Positions 18,575 to 25,662 of a stretch of 28,649 bases of DNA are shown here, in pieces (the stretch's first letter is position 1; every line of letters begins with the position of its first letter). A program made the translations under genes and the position numbers. Below the pieces are notes generated by a model that was not told the DNA's origin, made no database searches, and saw only the letters and a list, made by a program, of their open reading frames with translations. The stretch is from a virus (Duplodnaviria > Caudoviricetes): positions 1 to 28,649 of the IMG/VR virus record IMGVR_UViG_3300037467_000108. The stretch is one strand, 5' to 3'.

Positions 18575-18754
18575 TCATTTCTTGATGATCGGGCAGTCAG
18601 GCGGGATAGGGATCGTGGTCGAGCACACCCCATTCTCTGGCGGCTTCAGAACGGGCGGATTCTGCGGCTGATTAGTGTCTTCCTCACCGCCGCCGCAGGC
18701 CGAAAGTGTGGCGGCAAGCAAAACGGCCAAAAGAATTCGCGCTTGGGTCTTCAC
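18575..18754 (-). CDS. Small proline-rich lipoprotein (59 aa; not in ORF track)
   Basis: GGAGG RBS at 18761-18765, GTG start; MKTQARILLAVLLAATLSA|CGGGEEDTNQPQNPPVLKPPENGVCSTTIPIPPDCPIIKK with canonical LSAC lipobox. Confidence 0.8.
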   Translation of the reverse strand: MKTQARILLAVLLAATLSACGGGEEDTNQPQNPPVLKPPENGVCSTTIPIPPDCPIIKK

Positions 18755-18780
18755 GGTCTACCTCCGTTCAAAACGCTTCG

Positions 18781-18793
18781 TAAGTGTTTGATT
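18781..18793 (-). promoter_or_regulatory. IHF binding site
   Basis: Minus strand AATCAAACACTTA matches WATCAANNNNTTR exactly. Confidence 0.65.
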
Positions 18794-18859
18794 TCATTGC
18801 CACGCAAAACGATGTTTTCGGGCACAAAAGGGGCCATCTAATTGCGTTTTCCCCACTTA

Positions 18860-18872
18860 AATCAAGGGCTTA
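18860..18872 (+). promoter_or_regulatory. IHF binding site
   Basis: AATCAAGGGCTTA matches WATCAANNNNTTR exactly. Confidence 0.65.
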
Positions 18873-18971
18873 CGGAAGAACAGTGGTCGTACCTGCGCTA
18901 CACGTTCTGATTCCCGCAAACCTAATGCTGGCGCGGGGTGTTCACTCCGCGTTCAAAATTTGTCCATAACT

Positions 18972-20054
18972 CTACCTGATGCTGACCTTGATCGGAGCGA
19001 TACCGCGCGGGTCGGCATACAGGTTTGCTGCATCATCGGACAGGTGCCCAAGTAGAGCCTTTGTATCTACGTTCCCTTGCTCCTGATACGTTCGCTTTGA
19101 CAAGCTCCGGATCTCGTGGAATGTTGGGGCGCCAGCCTCTGGAATCCCAGCTAAACGGCGGGCGTTGGCAAACGCTACGCTAACAGCGCCAATCGAAACA
19201 GGATCGCCACGCTTTACCTTGGCGCCATTGCGCACATGGTGGATTAGGTATTGGCTCACCACTCCGGACGCCTTGCACCGCGCAATTACCTCCCGAAGCG
19301 ACAAGCCTACGGCATCCATCCGAATATCCAACGGGATGGCAATCCGCACCTCTGTTTTTGTGCGCCGCACTACAGCAACATCACCTTCTATATTGCTTCT
19401 CATCCAGCGAGCCACTGTCGATCTGTCCTGACCACTGACCAAAGCCAGCAGCATCGCATTCGCAAGCCATGGCTGTACCTCTGGTGCCTTCGCCAAAATG
19501 GCATTGAACGTCTCAAGAGTAAGCCGAGAACGCCTAACCTTGGACTTTGGGTTTTCCGTTACCTCTGCCGGGTTAGCAGTCATCCAACCCAAAGCTATTC
19601 CCCGCTTACACACCTTGACGAGACGGCTGCGGACCATCTGCGACATGCGGTGCTTGCCCTCCCTGTGGATGCTCTCAATCAGGTCAGCAATGGGCTTCGT
19701 CGTCAGGTCGACGCATCGAATCTTACCTAGGGCTGCGGAGATCTTCTTGTCAATGGTCCTATGCGAGTAGAGGCTTGATTTCTTGAATCCTTCAGTTGGC
19801 ATCTTCGTAAGCAACTCGTCAACCGTTTCCGTGCTGACATTAATGCGGTCGGCTAGGGCCACTTTCTGCGTGGAAGCTGCCACCTTTGCATTGGCCTGAT
19901 GCACCTCAAAAATCGCCTGAGCCAGCGGTACGCGCCCGATTACATGCGTACTGCCGTCACGTGGGTCACGGAACGTGTAATAGCCTGCGCGCGGCTCGTG
20001 CAAATTCGCAGGCCAGTTAGCGCGCTTCTTGATTCGTGGGCGTGCGGCCATCAT
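18972..20054 (-). CDS. int: Lambda-family tyrosine integrase
   Basis: Arm-binding N-terminus PANLHEPRAGYYTFRDPRDG like lambda Int; KT, PTFHEIRSLS, LLGH and catalytic Tyr (LYAD) motifs; box I atypical (GQDR). Confidence 0.92.
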   Translation of the reverse strand: MMAARPRIKKRANWPANLHEPRAGYYTFRDPRDGSTHVIGRVPLAQAIFEVHQANAKVAASTQKVALADRINVSTETVDELLTKMPTEGFKKSSLYSHRTIDKKISAALGKIRCVDLTTKPIADLIESIHREGKHRMSQMVRSRLVKVCKRGIALGWMTANPAEVTENPKSKVRRSRLTLETFNAILAKAPEVQPWLANAMLLALVSGQDRSTVARWMRSNIEGDVAVVRRTKTEVRIAIPLDIRMDAVGLSLREVIARCKASGVVSQYLIHHVRNGAKVKRGDPVSIGAVSVAFANARRLAGIPEAGAPTFHEIRSLSKRTYQEQGNVDTKALLGHLSDDAANLYADPRGIAPIKVSIR

Positions 20055-20242
20055 GCGATCCTATCCGCGAGGCGCGGTTTAGCATCCAGTGCAAACACTG
20101 CGTTTTCGTCCACGTAGTACGCCCTGCCCAGCTTCTGCGGCTGCGGGTAAATCTTCGACTGGCGCACCCATGCACGCAGCGTGCTGATGTGAGGGGCCGG
20201 ATCGAAGTTTTTCTCGGCCCATTTTTCTAGACTGATCTTCAA
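20051..20242 (-). CDS. xis: Excisionase (lambda Xis-like)
   Basis: LEKWA...TLRAWVR..KIYPQPQKLGRAYYV; TTG start with GGAGG RBS; overlaps int start. Confidence 0.88.
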   Translation of the reverse strand: MKISLEKWAEKNFDPAPHISTLRAWVRQSKIYPQPQKLGRAYYVDENAVFALDAKPRLADRIA

Positions 20243-20275
20243 ACCACACCTCCCGCGTCTTGGCTAGGATTTTCT

Positions 20276-20476
20276 TTAGGGCCGCTTCGGCCCGATCTTT
20301 GTCCATACATATTTCCCATCGACGCTGATCTTCGCGTCCACGATCACCAGATGCGTAGTACCTAAGCCTCGGTGTATCGTCCAATCTGTTTCATGCTTGG
20401 TGTAGCCAAGCTGCTTCATGCGCCGATCTTCCCGGCGTGCCGCAAGACGTTCACGCGTGAGTTTGGTGACTTTCAT
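20276..20476 (-). CDS. Hypothetical protein
   Basis: 66 aa, GGAG RBS, in early operon orientation. Confidence 0.6.
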   Translation of the reverse strand: MKVTKLTRERLAARREDRRMKQLGYTKHETDWTIHRGLGTTHLVIVDAKISVDGKYVWTKIGPKRP

Positions 20477-20723
20477 CGCTCGTCTCCAGAATCCTCGTCA
20501 GTCCTGCTGTCATGCCTGGTCTTGCGGCGTTCTGTAGATGGTCTTCCATCGTTTGCTTACCTTCTCTTGGATCTCGATGGGGCCGTCTTCTTCGTACTGC
20601 GCCGCGTAGAGCATTGTTGTCCCTTTAGCTTGCTTCTCTGGACCCTCTACGCTGGCGACATTCATACCGTTTTGCATGATCCTGAAATGCCTATGCTGGC
20701 TCATCGCTCGTCTCCAATATCCT
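20473..20723. repeat. 23-bp direct repeat pair (20473-20495 and 20701-20723) covering RBS and start codon
   Basis: TCATCGCTCGTCTCCA-nn-ATCCT in both copies, 21/23 identical. Confidence 0.8.
20510..20704 (-). CDS. Hypothetical protein
   Basis: 64 aa, GGAG RBS identical to that of the next gene. Confidence 0.6.
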   Translation of the reverse strand: MSQHRHFRIMQNGMNVASVEGPEKQAKGTTMLYAAQYEEDGPIEIQEKVSKRWKTIYRTPQDQA

Positions 20724-20743
20724 GCTCAGGGCTGCTTGTTGGG

Positions 20744-21136
20744 TCATTCGTAGTACTGCCCAGGTTCAAGGCCATATGGCACGTTGTCGATGGCCCGTTT
20801 GTAGCCCAACTCAAATCCTTCTTTCTGGCCTTCTTCGCGTTCATAAGGAAGCCAATTTGTGTAGCTGCCTCGGTCATTGATGGTGAACTGCAAGCGCAAG
20901 CATGGTTCTCTACTCAGCCTGGCAAAGTCGGGCACCTCGAAGATTTGGCAGTTCTCCACGATCATCCGCGCGAGCTTGGCCGCCATGAAGTTCTTCATAC
21001 GAGAGACGAAAGCGGCGGGGTTCTCGCGCGCCACCATCAAGTCCATTGGATCCAGTGGTTCCTGAATTGCGAACTCGATTGGCTTGGGGCGCTGAGGCAT
21101 CTCAAACGTCATCGATTCAGATCTGCGAGCCATCAC
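20744..21136 (-). CDS. Hypothetical protein
   Basis: 130 aa, GGAGGGG RBS, overlaps upstream stop. Confidence 0.65.
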   Translation of the reverse strand: MMARRSESMTFEMPQRPKPIEFAIQEPLDPMDLMVARENPAAFVSRMKNFMAAKLARMIVENCQIFEVPDFARLSREPCLRLQFTINDRGSYTNWLPYEREEGQKEGFELGYKRAIDNVPYGLEPGQYYE

Positions 21137-21498
21137 CCCTCCCCACCAGTGTCCTTGGTTGTTGGCGCGCCAGCCAATTTCATGGTCTTGCCGCAGCCTT
21201 GGCAGAAACGCACGAAGTTCTCGACCGGGCCGCCGTCATTGAAAGTCCACTTTTCACCGCAGGCGCTATCCCATGTGTCAGGCATGTACTCGTCGTCTGG
21301 GTCTTTTGTCCATTCGCAAGTAGGGCGCCGATTCCAGTTGGATCGAGCCTCATCCATAGCGGATAACTTGAACCCCATCCCGAACGTCGTAGCAGCGCAC
21401 GTCATACAGATCACCGACGCTGACATGTACTGACCGTCATAGCGCGGATCGTTGGCCTCGCCGCCGCAAAACGGGCACGGAAACAGATGCTCACTCAT
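21133..21498 (-). CDS. lar: Lar-family restriction alleviation protein with an extra C-terminal Cys-rich domain
   Basis: Start reassigned to 21498; PCPFCGG...VICMTC...EARSNWNRR Lar signature, then TCEW...SACG...FCQGCGK. Confidence 0.7.
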   Translation of the reverse strand: MSEHLFPCPFCGGEANDPRYDGQYMSASVICMTCAATTFGMGFKLSAMDEARSNWNRRPTCEWTKDPDDEYMPDTWDSACGEKWTFNDGGPVENFVRFCQGCGKTMKLAGAPTTKDTGGEG

Positions 21499-21856
21499 CC
21501 CGCCCTCCCGCATCTGCCAGTGCTGCCGCTGCGCGGACGATGGCACGGCGGTAGTCTTCAGGCTCATAGCAAGCCACGTCTCCCTTGGTTGCAACCCAAT
21601 GCGATGCCATGTAACGCGTACCCGGCGAAATACGATCAAACATCAGCTCCAACTTCACCGCCAGACGCAGAGCGTCGCCATCGTCGGTGAGCGGATTCCA
21701 CAGGACGGCAGAATCTCCGTGCCCAATGTAGTTCCAGAGTGCGCCATGTTGATCTGATCCGCGTGGATATTCGGACTCGGTCCAGCAGAACGCGCTTTCC
21801 TTTCCGCCAAAACCTGCCGCCTTCGCGGCCTTCGCCAGTAGGTCACGATCACTCAT
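21491..21856 (-). CDS. Conserved phage early hypothetical protein
   Basis: Start reassigned to 21856; MSDRDLL..AAKAAG...WNPLTDDGDALRLAVKL...RRAIVRAAA pattern. Confidence 0.7.
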   Translation of the reverse strand: MSDRDLLAKAAKAAGFGGKESAFCWTESEYPRGSDQHGALWNYIGHGDSAVLWNPLTDDGDALRLAVKLELMFDRISPGTRYMASHWVATKGDVACYEPEDYRRAIVRAAAALADAGGRDE

Positions 21857-23225
21857 GGCTATCCCCTCCCTGCGCTGCCGGTGTGGGCGCGGCGGCGAGC
21901 ATGGCGTTCCAAAGGTTGCAGCAATTGCCACGAACATCGTCGCTCGCCCAATTCAGGCGCTCAGCTGCGTCGAGCATTGGTTTTGTCGGGGCAACCGGCA
22001 CCAGAACATACCCCTCCGCCACGCCCGCCCGCTGGCCGGACAATACGCGCTCAAGCCATTCATGCATGACTTCATCCCCGCACCCGTGGCGAATGCATAT
22101 TTCGTGCAGTCGTGCTAGCGCTGAACTAGCGGCAGCATACGCTTTCGCAGTGTGTGTCTGTCCTGCAATCGCGGCATCCTCTAGCGTGAATGTGGCACCG
22201 TCCCTGGATTCCCACCCGAGAGCATCTCCCGCCCGCTGGCCGGACTTGGCGGCGCGAGTTGCACGTGCCCGCCATCCGGCCGAATAGAAACGCCAGTCGT
22301 GCGAGCCGATCGGACCTCGCTCGTAGTTAAATTCCGGCGAGTTATATGCGCTTTCAGCGGCCTCGCGCTCATCCCCCACCGGCTCGGCCTGCTGAGAGCG
22401 CTGCCAAGCGCATGCTGCCTGCCAAACGCTCTGCCCTTCCATCATCTTGTAGCCAAGCGGGTTGTAAGCTCGAAACGCTGCTTGCTCGTCTCTCCGTTGT
22501 GCGGCCACTTCATTGCTGACCGGGACGTGCACCACGAAGCGCGGCTTGTCCATTCCGCTTGCTTGCAGGGGCAGCGTGTACACGTCGCCGCCAGAAACGT
22601 TGACGTGGATTTCTTCGCCCGCCACCGGCTCGGCCTGCTGCTGGGCGGCTTGCTCGCTTTGCATCTGTGCCCATCCAGCATCAGCCATTGCTGCGTAGTC
22701 GGTGGTGTCCCACACAGCGCCGATACCACCGCACTCCGAGCACCCTCCACCCAAGGCGCAGCCAAGCACATCGCTGTGCGGGTAGCGGCCAACCGGATGT
22801 CCATCCTCGCTTTCGTAGCAACCGGTGCAGGTGCTCCAGATTCCGCCGCCCTCTTGGATGGCTTCTGGTATGCCCTTCAACTCTTCGGGAAGCGCCGCCA
22901 CGGCAACGGCGGCTTGTTTCTTCAGGGCGGCGATTGCCTCAAGAATCGGTGCTGCGCCACCGGCTTCGTCGGGGTCGATTCCAAGCGCAGCATCAACCGT
23001 CCCCAAGCTGCTCACGGCATCCTCAAACATGCGCTTGTAGCTCGTCGCTTCGTCGCTCGGCTCGGCCACAGTCGCGGCGCTGGCCCCGGAAAACGCGGTC
23101 GCCATCAGGACCGCCACGTCGTTCAGGATCGGTGTGCCATCCATACGCTTCCACCAGCGTGGCTGATCGACCTTGTATTGCGCCAGAACACCGTTGGCGA
23201 TTTGCAGAGCTTCGTGAAAATTCAT
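21849..23225 (-). CDS. Modular mosaic early protein (458 aa) with repeated linkers and a Cys-rich module
   Basis: Start reassigned to 23225; linkers QQAEPV x2 and SGQRAG x2; CTGC...GCSECGGIG module; GYVLVPVAPT..ML...WNAMLAAAP C-terminal module. Confidence 0.75.
   Translation of the reverse strand: MNFHEALQIANGVLAQYKVDQPRWWKRMDGTPILNDVAVLMATAFSGASAATVAEPSDEATSYKRMFEDAVSSLGTVDAALGIDPDEAGGAAPILEAIAALKKQAAVAVAALPEELKGIPEAIQEGGGIWSTCTGCYESEDGHPVGRYPHSDVLGCALGGGCSECGGIGAVWDTTDYAAMADAGWAQMQSEQAAQQQAEPVAGEEIHVNVSGGDVYTLPLQASGMDKPRFVVHVPVSNEVAAQRRDEQAAFRAYNPLGYKMMEGQSVWQAACAWQRSQQAEPVGDEREAAESAYNSPEFNYERGPIGSHDWRFYSAGWRARATRAAKSGQRAGDALGWESRDGATFTLEDAAIAGQTHTAKAYAAASSALARLHEICIRHGCGDEVMHEWLERVLSGQRAGVAEGYVLVPVAPTKPMLDAAERLNWASDDVRGNCCNLWNAMLAAAPTPAAQGGDSHE
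22024..22245. repeat. 18-bp exact direct repeat (22024-22041 and 22228-22245)
   Basis: CCCGCCCGCTGGCCGGAC twice; encodes the SGQRAG linker. Confidence 0.85.
22376..22640. repeat. 19-bp exact direct repeat (22376-22394 and 22622-22640)
   Basis: CCACCGGCTCGGCCTGCTG twice; encodes the QQAEPV linker. Confidence 0.85.
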
Positions 23226-23623
23226 TGCGTATCTCCGTTGTAAGCCTTCACAAAAAGTTGCAACCAGCGTTCCGGCATCCACTGCCCGTATTGCTGATTT
23301 GCAGCTTGTGCGGCTTTGCTAATTCGGTTCCAGTCGCTCAACGCCTGCGCCGCTTCTGGTGCGGGGTGAGTGTAGAGCTTGTCGCCGACCTTGATATTGT
23401 GTTTGGCGATGATGGGCGCAATCGGCCCGCTGCCGATCCACACCAACTGAAAATCAGAGCCAACTACAGCCACCGGCTGCGCATCAGCCTGCGCGCGCAG
23501 GGCGGCCACAGCATCAAATGCTGCCTGCATGCACGCCTCTTGGTTCGCCAATCCACGATCTGTCTTGCAGTTCGTGCGGTCGTAGGCGTCGATGGCCGCG
23601 TCCATTTCTTTTTCACTCAGCAT
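23222..23623 (-). CDS. Phage early hypothetical protein
   Basis: 133 aa; QPVA...KLYTHPAP motifs common in lambdoid early genes; overlapping start/stop junctions. Confidence 0.7.
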   Translation of the reverse strand: MLSEKEMDAAIDAYDRTNCKTDRGLANQEACMQAAFDAVAALRAQADAQPVAVVGSDFQLVWIGSGPIAPIIAKHNIKVGDKLYTHPAPEAAQALSDWNRISKAAQAANQQYGQWMPERWLQLFVKAYNGDTQ

Positions 23624-23958
23624 GTCTTCTTCTCCTGCTCGCGGGCGGCGTCGATTGCTTTGTCGAGTTCCTCGCCAGATCGGTACTCATAAATAACCGC
23701 TGGCATGCCATCAATGGTTGCATCCTCGTGCTTTTGATCGATCACTGGCTCGATGTCGTGATTCGGATTTCGCAGCCACCTATACCTCTCCGCGTCCTCC
23801 ACCATCGGAGCCAAGTGCTGGTAGCAGGCGAGGAAACCCTCCCACTGCTGTTGCACCCAAGAAATCCGGTATTCGCCATCTAGGCGAGACCTCAAAAGAG
23901 CTTCCGATTTGAATCCGCTCTCAAACACCTTGCGCGCTGCTGCCGTCTTCTCGTCCAT
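23617..23958 (-). CDS. Phage early hypothetical protein (DAERYRWLR motif)
   Basis: Start reassigned to 23958; EDAERYRWLR...ELDKAIDAA. Confidence 0.7.
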   Translation of the reverse strand: MDEKTAAARKVFESGFKSEALLRSRLDGEYRISWVQQQWEGFLACYQHLAPMVEDAERYRWLRNPNHDIEPVIDQKHEDATIDGMPAVIYEYRSGEELDKAIDAAREQEKKTC

Positions 23959-23959
23959 G

Positions 23960-24196
23960 TCATTGCTCCCGTGCGCGCAGCACCGTTTCAAGCGCGCTTT
24001 CAACCGCTTCAGCAGCCTTGTCGTACGCATCGGCAATGAAGCGCGACGGCTCGCCCATGTAGTCTTTGCTGTATGCCTTCCGCAAACGAGCAGAGGCGTG
24101 CCGCAATTCTTCAGCGCGAGCCTTAAGCCCATTTACAACCCAAGGGCCACGAGATGCACATGTCATCCAAGTCGGCCCACCGTTGTTCTTGTCCAT
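23960..24196 (-). CDS. Hypothetical protein
   Basis: 78 aa, GAGGGG RBS, fills the gap between neighbours. Confidence 0.6.
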   Translation of the reverse strand: MDKNNGGPTWMTCASRGPWVVNGLKARAEELRHASARLRKAYSKDYMGEPSRFIADAYDKAAEAVESALETVLRAREQ

Positions 24197-24205
24197 GTCT
24201 TCCCC

Positions 24206-24610
24206 TCAATCTCTGAATTCAATGCCGAAGTTCTGCGCGGCGTGTGACTCGATAGCCGTCAGAAAATCGGCAAACTCTTGCTTGTTAAGCGTCGTTGTCG
24301 AAATGCCCCGCTCGATCCGTCGCCCGTCTGGCAGCTCGATTTCTTCCGTGCCGATGAAGCGCGAGCGGTAAAACTCTTTCCATGCTTCCATCTCGTAGCG
24401 GCGCCCGTTCAGGTAAGCGTTCTGCGAAATCTCGTTCAGCATCGCGTGTAGGCGCTTGTTCTGGTCTAGGCTGCGTTTCGCGTGGTACTCGGACACGTCT
24501 ACGGCTAGGGGCTTGCCAAGGTTTGCCATAGGCAGCCACCCCTTGAGCACGCCCCACAGACGTTGTGCATCGCGCTCAGTACGCAGGACGATGGATTGAG
24601 CGGCGGCCAT
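24206..24610 (-). CDS. ninB: NinB/Orf-family recombination protein
   Basis: KPLAV...KRSLDQNKRLHAMLNEISQ...WKE...STTTLNKQEFADFLTAIE. Confidence 0.85.
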   Translation of the reverse strand: MAAAQSIVLRTERDAQRLWGVLKGWLPMANLGKPLAVDVSEYHAKRSLDQNKRLHAMLNEISQNAYLNGRRYEMEAWKEFYRSRFIGTEEIELPDGRRIERGISTTTLNKQEFADFLTAIESHAAQNFGIEFRD

Positions 24611-24612
24611 GG

Positions 24613-25044
24613 TCAGAAGGGGATCGAATCGTCCATATCGTCGTGACCGCCACTCCCTTCGCGGGTCTGGCGATATGCTTTACCGCCATCCCCCTTGTTT
24701 TGCTGATCCTCGGACTTGCCCCCGAGCATCTGCATCTGCTCGGCAACGATCTCGGTGCTGTACTGCTTCTGGCCGTCTTTTTCCCACTGACGCGTTTTCA
24801 GTTTGCCTTCGATGTAGACCGGCGAGCCTTTCTTCAGGTACTGGCCTGCGATTTCTGCCAGCTTTCCGAAGAAGGCGATGCGGTGCCACTCGGTGGCTTC
24901 CTTCATTTCGCCGCTGGCCTTGTCCTTGTAGCGGTCGGTGGTTGCCACGCGAATGTTGGTGACAGCGTCGCCGCTGGGCATGTAACGCGTTTCAGGATCG
25001 GCGCCGAGATTGCCGACGATGATGACTTTGTTGACAGATGCCAT
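24613..25044 (-). CDS. ssb: Single-stranded DNA-binding protein
   Basis: [37 protein letters not shown], acidic tail DDSIPF. Confidence 0.97.
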   Translation of the reverse strand: MASVNKVIIVGNLGADPETRYMPSGDAVTNIRVATTDRYKDKASGEMKEATEWHRIAFFGKLAEIAGQYLKKGSPVYIEGKLKTRQWEKDGQKQYSTEIVAEQMQMLGGKSEDQQNKGDGGKAYRQTREGSGGHDDMDDSIPF

Positions 25045-25053
25045 TTCTATTCC

Positions 25054-25662
25054 TTACGCTGCGATTTTTTGGAGTGCGGTAACTTCTGCCGCGACTTCTT
25101 CAAGGAAGCGCTCAATCTCAAACGACAGTGCCTTGATGTACTGTTCGTCCCTCGGGATGCGCTGCACGAACATCTGAAGTTTCTCTGGCATGCGCGGGTC
25201 ATAACTCACGAAATCGCACCACTCTCGCCCCGCGATCCACATCTGCCCTTGCACCTGCGGCATGTGCTCAAGCGGCATGTGTTGTGTCTTGAGCGTTTCA
25301 ATGTGCGTTGCCGAAACTGGGCACTTGATTTCGATCAGGCCATCAGCACCAATCAGGCCATCAGGCGAGCATCCGGCCATCAGCGTTTCGTGCTGGATAA
25401 AACCCACCTCTTGCACGTCCACACCGCGATCAGCCATGTAGGCAATGCGGGCGAACGGCTCTTGCTCTGTGCCCCACTGCATTGCAGCGTTGCTGTAGCC
25501 TTCCTGGCGGTTTCCAGTAAGGCGCTCAATCACCAACTGCGCACGGTAATTGCGGCGGTCTGCGGCCTCGCCCGTTTTGATCTTCGCTAGAACCTTTCCG
25601 AAGTTGCTCGCAGTGGCGAGGCCCAAGCGAGCCGCATACCATTCATCAGTCCGTTGTTCCAT
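25054..25662 (-). CDS. YqaJ / lambda-exonuclease-family recombination nuclease
   Basis: EQRTDEW..ARLG..TAS, MQWGTEQEP.AR, SPDGL, IEIKCP, QVQGQMW, CDFVSYDPR. Confidence 0.93.
   Translation of the reverse strand: MEQRTDEWYAARLGLATASNFGKVLAKIKTGEAADRRNYRAQLVIERLTGNRQEGYSNAAMQWGTEQEPFARIAYMADRGVDVQEVGFIQHETLMAGCSPDGLIGADGLIEIKCPVSATHIETLKTQHMPLEHMPQVQGQMWIAGREWCDFVSYDPRMPEKLQMFVQRIPRDEQYIKALSFEIERFLEEVAAEVTALQKIAA

Larger units (their letters stand above)
18766..18971. other. Probable attP region
   Basis: About 200-bp gap just downstream of a lambda-like int, with two IHF consensus sites and repeated CGTTCAAAA / CAAAACG words; core not pinned down. Confidence 0.65.

Noticed and set aside
18784-18969. 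61-aa + strand ORF in the att gap
   Set aside because: No RBS, overlaps both IHF sites, no protein-like features
18766-18971. tRNA or tmRNA fragment as att core
   Set aside because: No T-arm (GTTCGA) or CCA-end pattern detected by eye
20372-25590. Long + strand ORFs (20372-21433, 22299-23243, 22667-23692, 24565-25590)
   Set aside because: Antisense to tightly packed, recognisable minus-strand genes (lar, ssb, exonuclease); no motifs; expected in GC-rich DNA
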